The position numbers and the translations under genes are program-made. Of a DNA stretch of 64,000 nt, positions 1-14,700 are shown in pieces. The stretch comes from Haliotis rufescens (lineage: Eukaryota): the NCBI RefSeq assembly GCF_023055435.1, contig NW_025964113.1:1240001-1304000 (forward strand), in the 5' to 3' direction. Position 1 is the stretch's first letter; each line of letters starts with the position of its first letter. Below the pieces are notes generated by a model that saw only the letters and a program-made list of their open reading frames with translations, had not been told where the DNA came from and made no database searches.

Positions 1-601
1 AGGCTTGGTGATGTTACTAGTGGTTGCTCACACATCAATAACTGGTTTGTCTCGTCCAGATTTTATTATTTATAAGCCATCATGACAAAGCTTGAATATT
101 GCTGACTGCGGAGTAAAACAACATACAAAACAACCTGGCCTGCACAAATGAATAACATTCCTTGCAACTACCAAGGCTGTAGTGATGGACCACCTACCTG
201 GAACACCTACCATGTTTATTAGTGTTATCCTACCACATGACTGAGATCAGTTCAGGTCATAAACCACTAGGATCCCAACCCTGGGTAGATTAGCAGTCTG
301 TGTGAAAGGATTGAATATTACTCACGTCTGTAAAACTGGCTTTAATGTTCTAAAGGTAATAAATCTTTCACAGCAGAATATGTGCTTTGAAATTAAAATG
401 GTATGACCACCACAACTACAATTATTTGTCTATCAATATGTATGTGTAGGATATTTTTCATAATGTTCAGTTGCTAGGTGAGCAAGATATAAGAATTGAC
501 TTCAATGTTATTTTGTGTTTATGGAGATATAAACGTAAAATCTGGTGTGCACACTGCGTAAATCTGCTATGTCAACAATATCTTCACAGACTGCATTTTT
601 A

Positions 602-851
602 GACCCGTGAAGATTCCGGGGTAGAATAGGTCTTCAGCAACCCATGCTTGTCGTAAGAGGCGACTAATGGGATCGGGTGGTCATGCCTGCTGACTTGCTT
701 GATGCATGTCATCGTATCCCAATTGCGTAGATTGATGCTCATGATGTCAATCACTGGATTGTCTGCTCCAGATTCAATCATTTATAGACTGCCATCATAT
801 AGCTTAAATATTGCTGAGTGCAGCGTTAAACAGCATGAAACAAACAAAACA
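602..851 (+). mobile_element. SINE-like family A (GACCCGTGAAG head, no tRNA boxes), full length
   Basis: Shared tail ending in (AAAC)n; 8/9-bp TSD. Further copies or fragments at about 1-130, 2382-2612, 9340-9520, 11385-11605, 39877-40300, 41325-41570, 48084-48320, 50912-51120, 53290-53890 and 62349-63280. Confidence 0.9.
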
Positions 852-2610
852 GCATATTTAATCATCAACATGCAAAAAACTGTCGAAAACAATACAAAAC
901 CTGAGTGGCATCGATGAGCGCAATAATTTAACATAAGCCCCACCCAATATATTTTCAGTCAATCAGGAAACAATAGTCTGTTGGTAGAAACACTGTTATG
1001 GAAACATTAACACAAAATAATGTGTAAGCCAATGAAATGCTGTGGAATCACTTGGAATATGTTTATGTAAAAATATTCTGTGCCTGGAGCTTAACAAAAC
1101 TCCTTCACTATTTAATGCATTGCTGATTAATCTTGGATTATAGCATCCCTTAGAGATGGCAGGATCTGCTGATTGTTGGTTTGACTTACCCCAATTTTCA
1201 TCCAGGTTCGTTAGCACCATATCCATGCTTGTGCATTCTCCATGGTGGTGACCTAGATCATTGCACTTCCCTTCCACTTCAAGCGAAACAAATTTATGTT
1301 GCATAAATATGTCGTGATTTAATAAACTTTCCGAGTCATGTGATTCTTAGGTATAAGGTAATAGTTTTAATATGAATAGCAACCTGACACATGGCATTCT
1401 AGGAAGTCATGATTTTTGTTTTCTTTATCAGTGAAAGCGTCAATACCTACGTCACATGTCTACACATTCTATCAGTAGATTTCCTGTTGATCTTGTTGGT
1501 AGTGTACAGTGGCTATACCGTCTTCATTAGTGATTATCATCAACCAAAATGCGTCTCTTTAAACGCATCGTTTGGGCAACACCGAAAAGTAATTATGATT
1601 TTGTTTTATTTTCATTGTTGCTAGACCTTTGTTGAAGGTTTCTCATATTATATAGATCTTGGTTAAGTTAAGTTATGTCCTTAGGAGTTTGTGTATTGGG
1701 GTAGAGTGGACTAGTGTAGCTATCATCTTTTATAGGAATAGGTTCTGATGTTTGATAATATTGTCACTCATCAGATGTTTTACATATTATTGTCCAAAGA
1801 AGAGACGAATGTCATTCTGTTGTCAGAGAATGATTCTTTGACAAATATAACTCTCTTATGAGTCATAATTCAAGCTGGCACATTTTACCAAGCATTCACT
1901 GTAATATAATATTCTGTGTTGCAATACATTTATAATACTATGAAGTTTTGAATAAATATAAAATTAAGAAATTCAAGTATATGGTTTGAAAATGTTTTTT
2001 CTTCCTGAAAAACAAACTCTAAGTACTGTTTGTAGAAACTGTAATTAATTAGCCTTATAATTACAATACGGGGACATTTTAGTAATAAATTGGGTCTACA
2101 TTTATATTTGTGTGAAAAGTGCTGCTGTGAGTATGTGTGAGGCCTAGTTGTGCTACATCCTGGTAGGAGGGCTTGGTCTCATGGTATGGAAATGAATAGT
2201 GACTACACGGCTTTCAGATGTAGACATGTGATATCGGGAAGTTGCTTGACTGAACTTCTTTTGGCAACTTTATGATTCCTCCACTGTGAGGCTGGTGTGT
2301 TTAGTTATTGTACAGATTATCATCCATTGGAAGCTGCAGAGGATGTTGCTTCAGGTCTCTGATTTGGTCATTTGCTGAAACTTTGTTTGTTGTTGAAGTC
2401 CACAGTTTTACATGTTGTGGCTATAGCATGGTGACTTGTGAATAATCAAGTCTGGACCAGGCAAATCTGTGGTTGATATCATGAGCATTGTCCCACACCT
2501 TCGGGGTACGATGACATGCAGTCCACCAAGTCACCTGACCCCCCAAACCGTTTAGACATCTCTTATGACAGGCATAGGCTGCTGGGGACGTTATCTAACC
2601 TGGAATCCCC

Positions 2611-2665
2611 AGGGCAGGGCAGGGCAGGGCAGGGCAGGGCAGGGCAGGGCAGGGCAGGGTAGGGT
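2611..2665 (+). repeat. (AGGGC)9(AGGGT)2 microsatellite
   Basis: Directly visible; 11 GGG runs. Confidence 0.95.
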
Positions 2666-3362
2666 ACAGACTGCAACTGAAATAAGGTCAGTAATAGGGA
2701 GGCAGGCCTGGTGATACTGTGGTGATTAGTGGGATCTCAGTGTACCATATCATGTTTGTTTTGGTACCCTGATATCTATCGCATTGTGACCAAGTGTCCG
2801 TTTTCAGCTCTAGTCTAGACAAAGCCTCATGGGGGTCCCAGGGTAGACAGACATTTAGTCCCAGAAATAAAGTTATCTTACTAAAGTATATTTATCTACA
2901 AAATAAAAAAATAAAAAAATCCAAATGGAGCCCAGGACAATCCTTAATTGTACACTTGCCAAATCATTCTAGACTTAAGTTGGACTCCTTAATGTTTTTC
3001 TCTCGGTCTGGGAGACAGATTATTCCCAGGTTAAGTTCCTGCCCTGTCACCAGTGTTTGGACATGAGGCAACAAATAAATTGCAAATGATTCTGTGGCAT
3101 TTGATTGGTTATCCAGGAAAAATTCTTTGCATTTATGTTTCCATAAAAAAATAAATAATAGGCCATGCCCACTTATGGACTACTGTTACCTGATTGGCTG
3201 ATAATAGAATGGGCGGGGCTTGTGTTGCATTTCTGTGCTGATGATGTCACTGATGTTGTATGGTTTTCTATAATTTTTGTATGTTAAGGAATAAATAAGC
3301 AGTCTTTGAAGGTATTGTTGACAGATTAATTTATAAGAATTAACTTCAATATTTATATATTT

Positions 3363-3540
3363 CTCTTTATATATATTTAAGAATTAACTTCAATATTTTT
3401 GTGCGTTTATGGAGGTAATGTAAAAAACATTGTGTACATTTTGCTGTGTTGATGTGCCCAGTATGCATAGCAGTTCTTACCTTTATACCTCCATGAATGC
3501 ACAAAAAAATTGAAGTTAATTCTTAAATAAATATGAAGAG
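3363..3540. mobile_element. Palindromic MITE-like element
   Basis: About 55-bp imperfect inverted repeats centred on TTAAGAATTAACTTCAAT...ATGGAGGTA; related fragment near 490-530. Confidence 0.7.
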
Positions 3541-5890
3541 TAGACGTTCAAAGAGTATGTTCTTTTACATTTATTTTTTAAAGGCAGTAGAAATAGGTTA
3601 AGGTAAACAGAATCTGGAAAAAACTAATAACATTAGGATATATTCTACCTGGGTAGATCGATAGCCTTGGTTTTAATCAGTGTTAATTTGGTAATATGTA
3701 AGCTTCAAAAGTCGTGGCACTTTGTCCATCCATCCATCCATCTGTCAATCCAACTACTCATATGAAAACCACAAAGCCTTAAATTGATGGTAAACTTTGC
3801 ATCAATGATCCTAGCAAAGATTAGAATTCTGATCTGAAAACAAACAACACCAGGCCAGCACTCCAGCCATGATGGCCTGGGAGGGGTGGTGGAGCTGTAC
3901 TCTCTTGTATATGTCATATATGCCATACTTTAACTCGTTACAAAGTCATAATTGTTGTAGTTTGACTATTGTATGCCATCATATAGTTTTCACAATCGAA
4001 ATACCAAGATGGCATGAAGCCTGACACTGAGCTAAGTTCGGTACAATATTGCAATTGTATTACTATGACAGAAATGTATGATATGTCTAAAGGTCAGTGA
4101 CATCCCCCAGCAGCATGATCAGTCACGAGTTTGCTAAATGTGTTACTTATCTGTTAATGTCAAACATTAGACATTAGTTTCTGTTTTCATCAACCTTTCC
4201 TGTTCTACGGTGTGAAAGAGGGCCTCCATGATTACTTTCCTGTTACAGTAGTCGTGGTAGCTTCATGTGTACTGTTACAAAATCCATATGTTCATCACAG
4301 TATCAAAATTACCTGAGTTCATGATAAATACACAACTCTGTGCCTGATCAAACATTTCTTGTTCCAATTACACTTAATTTCCAAATTGAGTTGGAAGGCT
4401 TTTTTGTAGGAGTATAACAGTATATTGAACTATAATGTATTGCAATAGTACAATGGTACATTTGAAAATGCCAATAGTATTGTCAATTGTATGCTTCACA
4501 ATCAATAGTATCAAAGGTTGCAATTAGTTATAAATAGAACATTATGCATATTTAAAACCTGACTGTGCTGTTTAGCATTTAGGATTATGACAATTTCAGA
4601 TTAGAGTTACTTCCCTTTGGTTTGAATCGTGTCAGCAAAGAAAATGGCTGACTTTTAGATAGTCAGCAATATTTTATTTATTTCTATTACATTGATTAAT
4701 ATAATTATCAAACCTTAAAAGTAGTTTACTACTATCGCAATACTAATGCAATATTGTAGGTTACTAAATGCGATACAATCACAATAATGATAGCCCCATT
4801 GGTCACCTCTACTTTTTTGTCCTTTTTTTTAAAAAACCCAAACAACCAACATGCAGTATGTTGGAGGACTATCTTGAAAAGTTAGCAGTGGTTCATTTTT
4901 GAAGGAAAGGTGGGTTTGCACCTTTAATTAAGGTCAGTCAGGTAATTGTAACAACATCATGTTTTTGTTTGGGCCTTACATCTTTTGTCTTTTATTGAAA
5001 GATTATATACCAGGTAACATACCATAATTATCATTAGTACAAGTATTGAAATAATTCTGTATTGGAATTAATTTTGACAGCCTCCTTCTCATGATGAACA
5101 ATGTTTACATTTAGATTCAATTCCGATTTATTGGCATATAAAAGTTTAAAGGGGCCCTCATCTGCTCTTTGTATGTCACCTCACATTACTGTTGTGGTAA
5201 CCATGGTAATGTCTTTTATAGAATCTCATGATCTATACAATTTATTCTTAAAGCACCGTGTCAATATTTCCTAACTACTTCATGTCCAAGATAAAAAATT
5301 TATTCTTTACTTTAAGTTCCACGGAAAACATTTTCACCCAATCCAATATGTTTTCTGTTTTCAGGAAATTGATTTTTTTCCAATAATGTTATAAATTAGA
5401 TTGTAACCATTGAATGTAAACATTTCTCAAGTCAGTATGGGTATTTGTATTCATTCACAACTCAATGCAGAAAGTAGTGTTCACTTTCCTTTTGTCAGTT
5501 AGTAAGGCAAGTATCTTGTAATGTTTCAGTGTATGATTGATTGAACTAATGTGATGTGATTTGACGCTTGTGCTTACCCCGTTCCCCACAAGTATTGATA
5601 CTGTACTGGTCATGTCACTACTGCCAAGCCAGCAATGAAGATGTAGTGTTCTTTTGTCCTCAGAACTAACAGCAAATAGAAAGTAGCTTAGAACTTTTTA
5701 TTTCTTATATACTGCCACATAGACATTTTACATTATATCAATCATCTTAAATATAGAAAATGTGTTTTATGTATTCATAAACATGTTTCAAGTTGTATGG
5801 AAGATGTTTTCTGATATTTCATGTAGCATTAGATTGCTGACAGCTTAATACACATCTTTTCGTTTTCAGATATTGAAAATATTTAGGTTA

Positions 5891-6224
5891 CCGTATTCGA
5901 CGTAATAAGCGCCCTGCTCTAATAAGCGCCCACGGCGATATTTGCTAATATATTGGCTAATGAACAATCTCAGTTAGCATCCCTTCCAATTGATTAATGT
6001 ACACAAGACTTATTTATTTGTGTATAATACGCACTCGTATGTCATATGCACCCTTAATTATGGGCAATTAAATCCTGGAAAAATATATCTGTCGTATATA
6101 AACATTTCAGGCTGTCAGCATAAACCACAAAATTTACGATCTTTCAACTCAAAATAATATCCTAATAAGAGCTCCCTATTTCTAATTTTGAGAGCGCCCT
6201 GGGCGCTTATTACGTTGAATACGG
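5891..6224. mobile_element. Tc1/mariner-type MITE, copy 1
   Basis: 24-bp TIR CCGTATTCGACGTAATAAGCGCCC, TA on both flanks (5889-5890 and 6225-6226); close second copy at 22830-23158. Confidence 0.9.
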
Positions 6225-7166
6225 TATGAGTTTTATCATTTCCTGTTCTCTTGATGTGTTAGGTACTTGTTGTGTCTTGATGTGTGTTACTTTCAGCTGT
6301 GTGTCATATAGTAACTATGCCTATTGCCTATACTAACACTCTACAGATGGGTATTGGAGGTATGAAGGAATCACAATATTTTTTATTGCGATACCTATCA
6401 CGATATATTGTATAATTCTAAATTTTGAATTCAGCAGCAATCTGATACATTAAGGTGTGAACTGAAGTTCATAAATTGAACAAAACAAGATGCTGGTACA
6501 ACATGATGTTTACTCAGTCAGTAAATACGCAGCCATTTTCGGGTCCTGTATGCATGCTGCGGGGCAGCAAAGGCATTTGGCAAGAAAATAAGGTTAAACA
6601 CATGATAAAATTTGCTATTTGAAATCACCTGATATATCGAGCATGAAAAAATAATATTGTGATACGCATCGTGGAAAGAATGAACCTCAATTACCGATAT
6701 ACCAATAATACCACACATCTTTAACTAACATATATGCGTTTCTTCTGACATTTTAACCCTGTGAATGTATCTATACTTTTCTCAATGTTTGTGTTGCTTT
6801 GTAATCAATTTGATTCATTCTTTTAAAGCTTAGCCATCAGTATAATATTTACAATAACTAAAACTTGGTGAGACAAGTGCATTGTATTCATCTTTTTCCC
6901 ACTAACCTAACAGTTAGGGGTATGTTAGGGGCCAAGGTTGGCCCAGTTGTCAAAAGCGCGCAGATTGCTGTGCAGAGTTGTGTCCCTTGGTCATGCCTGA
7001 AACCTATGATCATGGGGTCGACCCGATTATGTTTTTTGGTTTGTCAACACCATACCCGTGCTCATGGGTTTTTTCCAAAGTGGTAAATGTCTGAGACCAG
7101 CACCACCTTGGACTCTGCTCTCACACCAAGCTGCCATGTCATGATATGACTGAATACTGTTCAAAG

Positions 7167-7310
7167 NNNNNNNNNNNNNNNNNNNNNNNNNNNNNNNNNN
7201 NNNNNNNNNNNNNNNNNNNNNNNNNNNNNNNNNNNNNNNNNNNNNNNNNNNNNNNNNNNNNNNNNNNNNNNNNNNNNNNNNNNNNNNNNNNNNNNNNNNN
7301 NNNNNNNNNN
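7167..7310. other. Assembly gap (N run)
   Basis: 144 N, flanked by family C SINE copies. Confidence 0.99.
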
Positions 7311-8721
7311 ATCAGTCCAAGATGCATGTCCAGACACAGGTGGCCCCGTCAACTCAAAGCGGCAAAATTCCCTGAACAGAGTTATATTTCACAGTGGTGC
7401 CAGAATCCAATGATTATGGTTTCGGATCCCAGATTTTCCCTGATTATGATTCTTGGTTTGTCAGCACCATACTCAAGCATGTAGGTTTCAATGTGGTAAA
7501 CGTCAAAGACCTGTACCACATCGGACCTTCTCGCACATTAAGCTGAGAAGACGTGATGTAACTGAATCACTGTTCAAATTGGTGTTCAACCCAACATACT
7601 CACACACCAACCAAAATAATATTTTAAGAAATTATTCCGAGCATTTGGACTCCAGGTACGTAGGACTTATGTACCTCATGCTTGTTGTAAGAGGTAACTA
7701 AAAGGTGGATTGTGAGGACAATATGGCTTCAGAGTATTTATCACTGAAGATTTGAGATTGCATTGTACCCAGGCCGGGTGGCATGCTATCGATCACTGGT
7801 TTGTCTACTTCTGACCTAGCTATGCTTTGCAAGGTTCCATGGTAACCTCACCGAGGGTGAATATCACAAGCTGTCAGTATCACCTGTATCTGTTCCCTAA
7901 ATGAGGAAGCTTATGTTGTTTGATGAGATCATTCATCGTTGTTGTTTCCTTAGTCACAGGGTGTATTCTGAACTGAAGTTGATTATATCAGAGTCCTTTG
8001 TCATAAGGTATAGTTGGAGGAAGTTCCCTCTCAGTACATCTATTGCACATAAAGTGTTTCCAGAACCAGTGTTGGTGTTGATTACATAAACAATATACAT
8101 TCATATGTTAATGTTGAAAACTATTTTCTTATTATTAAATACTCAGTAAATGTCTTTTTTGTTATAATACTCATATTATTTCTTAAGTATCAATGTTAAT
8201 AGCAGTTCTTATGGAATGTTTTGGAGGAGGTCTTTGCATTCTGTGTTCGTATTGCCTAACACTGCCTACTTGTACAAAACATCTTTTATCATTGCTCCAT
8301 CTTCAATAAGCCATGTGGTGATTAGGTCTAGGGGATTAACCATAATAGAATTGAGATCTGATTCCCTGGGTAACTGAAGATGCGCTGACTCTTACAATTT
8401 TTAATCCCTTTGATATCATGGGCCAAGTTCAAGTTAGAGTTTTCTAGACTATCATAAGTTGTTTTTTTATGACCTTTTCATATAGATATTAATATGATTA
8501 AAGGATCTTTCCCAAGTATCAAAGCCAACTGTTTATGTTCGACCTACTTTTTGTTGATGTTACTACGATGCTAGTAACCAAAAATACAAATAAGTGCAGC
8601 ACTGTATCTCACTGACATTTGTATGAATGGTAACATATATTTTTTTATCTCATACCTTTGATATTAGATTACACACTAAACGTGGTATAACACCTGTATC
8701 TCTCCCCTGCACATTCCAGAC

Positions 8722-11700
8722 ATGGAACCTATATCGTCCGCTGTGAAGGGTCAGCAGAGGAAATCTCGGAAGGGGTGGCTGCTGAAGAAGGGTGGGATGA
8801 TGAAGATCTGGCATCGAAGATGGTTTGTCCTCACGGACAAGATGCTATTTCAGTTCAGCAGAGAAGACGATATTAAGCCACAGAGCTCTTACTTCTTGAC
8901 ATCTGGTAGCCATAAAGTCACCGAGCATGCTGTCAGTCCTGACGAGCCAGAGAAATTCTGCTTTGATCTTGTACCAGGTGAGCTAACACATGTATCGGCA
9001 GTTTCTGACAACCTAGTTGTTAAACACATGGTCTGATGGAAGAGCCATTATTTTCTGCCTGAACCTTCTACCAGGTGATTGTACAGAAGTATAGGGGTGG
9101 TTACTGATGAGAGCCATAGAAAATGTTATCGGTCCTCATTAAGTTGTGTTCCAGGGGCCTGTGATCATGGGTTCAAATCCTATTTCTAGTTCTTTTCAAT
9201 ACCATACCCATGCTCTTGTGGTACACCAAGTGAAATGTCTGACACCTGCATCACTTTGGGCTTTCCTCTCACATTAAGCCCACAAGCTGACACGCCACAA
9301 CTATAACTAGAATACTGTTCAAGGCATGTTTAACCCAACTTATCGTGTGGTCAGGCTCGCTGACTTAGTTGATGCATGTCATTATATCCCAATTGCATAG
9401 ATCCATGCTCATGATGTCAATCACTGGATTGTCTTGTCCAGACTTGATTATTTACAAACCACCTTCATACAGCTTGAATATTGCTGAGTGTGGCGGTAAA
9501 CTTCAAGCAAACAAAGAAACAAACTCATTCAGCCACTCACTCACACACTCACTAAATCCTCCATGGAGACAGTTGAATGAAGACTTCAGCTTCGGAGCAG
9601 CGCCATCTAGGAGATCACTACCATTGCTTAGTGACAATATGTATCCTTCAACAGCAATAGCACCTTGCACTGCTAGACTGCACCAGTCTCCCAACAACAA
9701 TGTGGAGCAGGTGCTTGCAGTGAGTGATCTTGATTATTGTACCCTTCATGGATCATTGCTTATGTCACTGGTTAGCCTGGTCCAGAGTCAATTACATAAA
9801 GACTTCAGCACATAGTTAAAATATTTGTAATTCTGGCATAAAACAATGCTTGTGTTTAATCATTAGGTCCGAGACTTGAGACAGGCAGTGGGGAGACTGT
9901 GATGCTGTGTGCCAGTACTGGAGAAGAGAGGCTAGGCTGGGTGAAGGATCTCAGATATGTGCTCTATGCTGACATAGGTGGAGGTACGTAAAGCGAATCA
10001 CCTTTCAAGTGTTTGTTCACTGTTTCATTGTCAGTCTAGATTTAATCCTTTTTCAATTTACAGTACATGATTGTGATTATGCAAGTTTGTTTACTGATTG
10101 GATCCAAGAAGCTTTCGACAATAATTGAAATAACTCCTCAATGAAGTTTGGAAATACTTAATTTTGATTCATCAATCAGAGGTTTCAAATCCCAATAACC
10201 AGCTCATTTAACTGCACTTGATTTCACATTTGAAACCTCAAGCTGCATGTTTGGTTCTAAGCTCAATTTGGTATGGTGACCTTGGTCTGCATTGAAAACA
10301 TGTCATGTTTAATCTCCTAAATGACATGAATACCTGCTACTATAGACAGTAGTTATCAATCTACACACTCTATGGTGTACCCCCCAAAAATAAAAAGAGA
10401 ACGCTCATTTCAGCCTAAACAAGCTTATGTTGCAGACAGTAAAAATGTGTGAACCATCAAATGACAGAATTGTGGCCCTAGTTGCTTGGTGATTCTGTTG
10501 TGGGGATTCAGGGGCAGAATGTCTGAGAGGTGATTAGGCTGTATCCCCTAGGGCTGGGACAAGTCCAGGTTTAGATCAAAAGATCAGATCATGCATTCAC
10601 TGAAGTTGACTGAAGCTTTATCTTTATTCACACATATACAAGTAAAAAAGAATGTGTTCATCGTCAGAAAGAAATGCGAACTTTAGCGACTTGAAGTGTA
10701 ACCACTGAGCTAGTGGGTTGTTGTCATCAAACAATATATCACGTGACTAACCATGGGTCTGGGTAGTCATGTGGGTACCCGGGTCCTACTCAGTACCCAC
10801 CCGACCCGAGTACCCGAGTTGCCCGTCCTAGCCCTAGTATCCCCAGTGTCCTCTGCTTCTTGTTGGAACGGACTACTATGCAGATTGCCATAGATTGTCG
10901 GAACGATGTCCACCCGGGGGACAGTTTGGTATAAGTGGTATATCAGTGCCTGGAGCACGAACTTTTTTGGCATTCAAATTTGGAAAAAATACTTAAAAAT
11001 TTGTTCAAATTGAGATTTTGTTGAAGTTCGTATTTTCTCAAGTTCAGAGGTATTTTTGCATAGACATTGCATTCAATGAACTAATGTGAAACTAAGCATT
11101 AAGCACTTCCTCTTTATTGTTCCTTTTATCAGTGAAATACAAGTTACTTCGACCAAGCCATGGTAGTTTTAACAATGTTGACATGAATAGGGAAACTGAT
11201 ACTTTCCTTCTGGGAATTGTTTATGTTAATTGCTGCTGACTGCTGAATAACGGCCTCTGATCAGTCCAGGTAAATCCCTGCAGAGTCATGACCTGGCTGC
11301 ATTAGTGTAGGTTCAAACCCGAGCGTAAGATAGACTGTCTTACTATCAATCACAGTCTATCTCTTCTATCATTATTAACATTGCTTGTTTGTTTGTTTGT
11401 TGTTTAAAGCTCACTCATCAATATTCCAGCTATATGACGGCAGTCTGTAAATAATACAATCTGGACTAGATAATCAAGTGATTGATATCATGAGCATCGA
11501 TCTAAGCAATTGGGAAATGATGACATGCAGCGAGTCTGACCATCAGATCTTGTTTATCACCTTTAATCCGGAACCCTGCTCAGTTCTAACCCGGATCTTC
11601 AGGGATGCATTGTTAAGTGTATAATAGGGCTGTAACTACATGATATCGCTGAGTAAAGAGTAATGTGTTACTGCTTTGTTATTTTGTTATCTCTAGGCTT

Positions 11701-14700
11701 TAAGTCTATACACATATTGATTTTGTAAATGAAGTTGAACAGATGTTGGGCTGAGGGTGAAACAGTAACGTTTTACAGCTGTTCTCCCTCGGACAGGTAT
11801 GTGAGGGATTCACAGCTGGTGTGGTGTGAATCTCACTTGTATCAAGCTCTATGTAGGGCATGGAATGTTGTCCACCATGTGCCCAGGCTAATTTATTTCC
11901 TGTTTTAGGCCAGATGAATTTTTTTCTGCTCTTCTCTCACATTTTAAAAATTAACCAGAATAATCAAAATTACAAACACTTTGTTTGATTGAAAATATGC
12001 TTAGATTGAACACCTTGTTTATGTTTTAATGTTAATTTTGTTCAAATTTTGCCTAAAGTTTGCAAAAAGTAAAAGGAATCATCAAAATTATGAACACTGT
12101 TAGACAAGCACTTAGTCTATGAAAACATTTTTTTAAATAATTGTTATTTGATCCAGACTTACCAAGGCTTGTAGTAATATATATATGGTACGAGTTGAAA
12201 GCGCTAGCCTATTAAAACTGTGTTCAATCTTATNNNNNNNNNNNNNNNNNNNNNNNNNNNNNNNNNNNNNNNNNNNNNNNNNNNNNNNNNNNNNNNNNNN
12301 NNNNNNNNNNNNNNNNNNNNNNNNNNNNNNNNNNNNNNNNNNNNNNNNNNNNNNNNNNNNNNNNNNNNGCAAGACTAGAACACTGTTTGATTGAAATTAT
12401 TCTAAGAATGAATACCCATTCCATTTGAAGAGCTTTTTTTTAAGAAATTGCACTAAAATCAACCCTGACAGCATTTCAAATGGTTTTTTTAGTATTGCAC
12501 CAAAAATATCTGTAACCAGAACAACATTTGGTTTGCCTCCTTTTGGTGAACGGAAAGGGGACATAAACTGTGTATGTCCAAGACAGGATACAGGCTATCC
12601 CATGGAGGTCAAGTACCTTGATATCTATAGTGCTAACAGTTCCTTATCCTGGCTGATATGTTCAGGGATGTTGTCTATCTGTTATTCTATTCTTATACAA
12701 CCATTTAGGTAGATTGAAGACATTTTCAGTAGGGGTTGTTAGATAATGGAAAAATGTTTCTTTTAATTGGTAGCCTTAAGTGTGTTTTATCTCATGATAA
12801 ACTGATTTGCTTGTCTTGACAAAAATGTTCGTACTCTTTTACCATTTTTTGCTTATCTTGACTAAGATGTCATTTTTTTTACCGGTATCAAATGTTTGTA
12901 TTTTTGTCATTTTCTTGTTCAGCATTGGAGTGAGTGAGTGAGTTGGGTTTAACACCGATTTTAACAGTATTCCAGTTTTTTCGCTTAATGTGGGAGGAAA
13001 GCCCGAAGTGATGCAGGCCTCAGACATTTACCACTTCTGTGAAACCCACGAGTACGGGTTTGGTGCTGACAAACCTAGAAACATAATCAGGGCAAACCTG
13101 GATTCAAACCAACAGTCATAGGTTTCTGGTGTGCCCAAGGGACGCAACTCTGCACAGCGAATCGTGCAGTGGGTTTGCTCTGTAAAACTGATGAAAGTCA
13201 GGACTAGAACAAGCAGCCATACACACACATACACGTGCATGTACTTCGCTATTTAAATGCAGTTATCTTCCAAAGCGGTAAATGTTGGAGACTTGCATCA
13301 CTTCTGCTTTTCTCTCACAGTGTTAGACAAAACTCACTTACTTACTCACTCTTTCTGAATGAAGTCACAGATGATAACAAGGAAGATAACATCTTTTATC
13401 AACAATATATTTGACTATGTTGGATTCAGCAAAGGCAAAGTCTTGCTTCATCTTCCTGGAGCTAGGAAGCTATAAGGCACACTAATGGATATTTATTAAC
13501 CAAGCAGGAGTGCAAATTCCCAAAAGGGAAAAGATATGCCACATTTGTAGAATTGAATTAAATCTTGAAAATATGTACACTTCACTTTTGCCTGTAAATT
13601 AATATTTCTTTGACATCATGACATTGCCTGGCTTACAGGGAGATTGATCACTACCCCTGTAATTGAAATGATATTCAGCTATTGATGATGGATTCCATTC
13701 CATTTGTATGTGCTGTAATTGCAATGACCTTTGCAACTGATACAGATAAGGGATGTATTCCAAATACCATACTTCTTATTATTCCAATATCTGTTCCATT
13801 ATAAAAAAATCAGTGTGCTAAATAAATATACAGCTTTTATCTAAAGAATATGAAAACTGTATGTTATCCATGAGGGTAGAAAGATCATTTTAGCGATTCC
13901 GAAATTGATAATTCAGTTCAAGTGATGTGACATCACATTGCTTATTTATTGAGATCAATTTGATAAAACTATTTTTTTGTGCATGGATCTGTAGTTTGAT
14001 CCCCTGACCACGTCACACCTAGATATATGAAAATATTATGTTTTTTGTTACCCTGCCTGGCGTTTGACATAAGGAAATAAACAAGGACTGGTCAGCTTGG
14101 AGTCAGGATACTGTGTCTGAGTGGGGTATGCATGTTAAACTGTGGCATGGTAACTCAGAGGGGTAGTGCTATAAAAGTAGCTAAAGTCTGGACCAGTACA
14201 AGCAGCCACACACGTGCAGGCATGTTGCTATATGTGAAATAATCTTGAACGTGATGTTAAACCCCATTTCACATCACCACACCATTGTTCATGACATCAC
14301 TGATTGATAATGATTGATCCGAATGAAAGACTTCATGAAGTCGGAGTTCATACCTTAGGCATGCCAGAGTGAGTGAGTTAGGTTTAACGCCGCTTTTAAC
14401 AGTATTCCAGTTATATCACGATGTGTCAGCTTAATGTGGGAGGAAAGCCCAAAGTGATGCAGGTCTCAGACGTTTACCACTTCCATGAAACCCGCGAGCA
14501 CGGGTATGGTGCTGACTAACCTAGAAACATAATCGGGGCGAACTGGGATTCGAACCCACAATCATAGGTTTCTGGCGTGCCCAAGGGATGCAACTCTGCA
14601 CAGCGAATCGCGGGGCCTTAGACGACTGGGCCGCCCTTGCCCCCTGGGCATGCCAGAAACCTTTGATGGTTGTTTGGAAACCTGGTTTGCCCCAATTATG

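Noticed and set aside
7139-7484. ORFs spanning N runs (also 12133-12424)
   Set aside because: Artefacts of assembly gaps.
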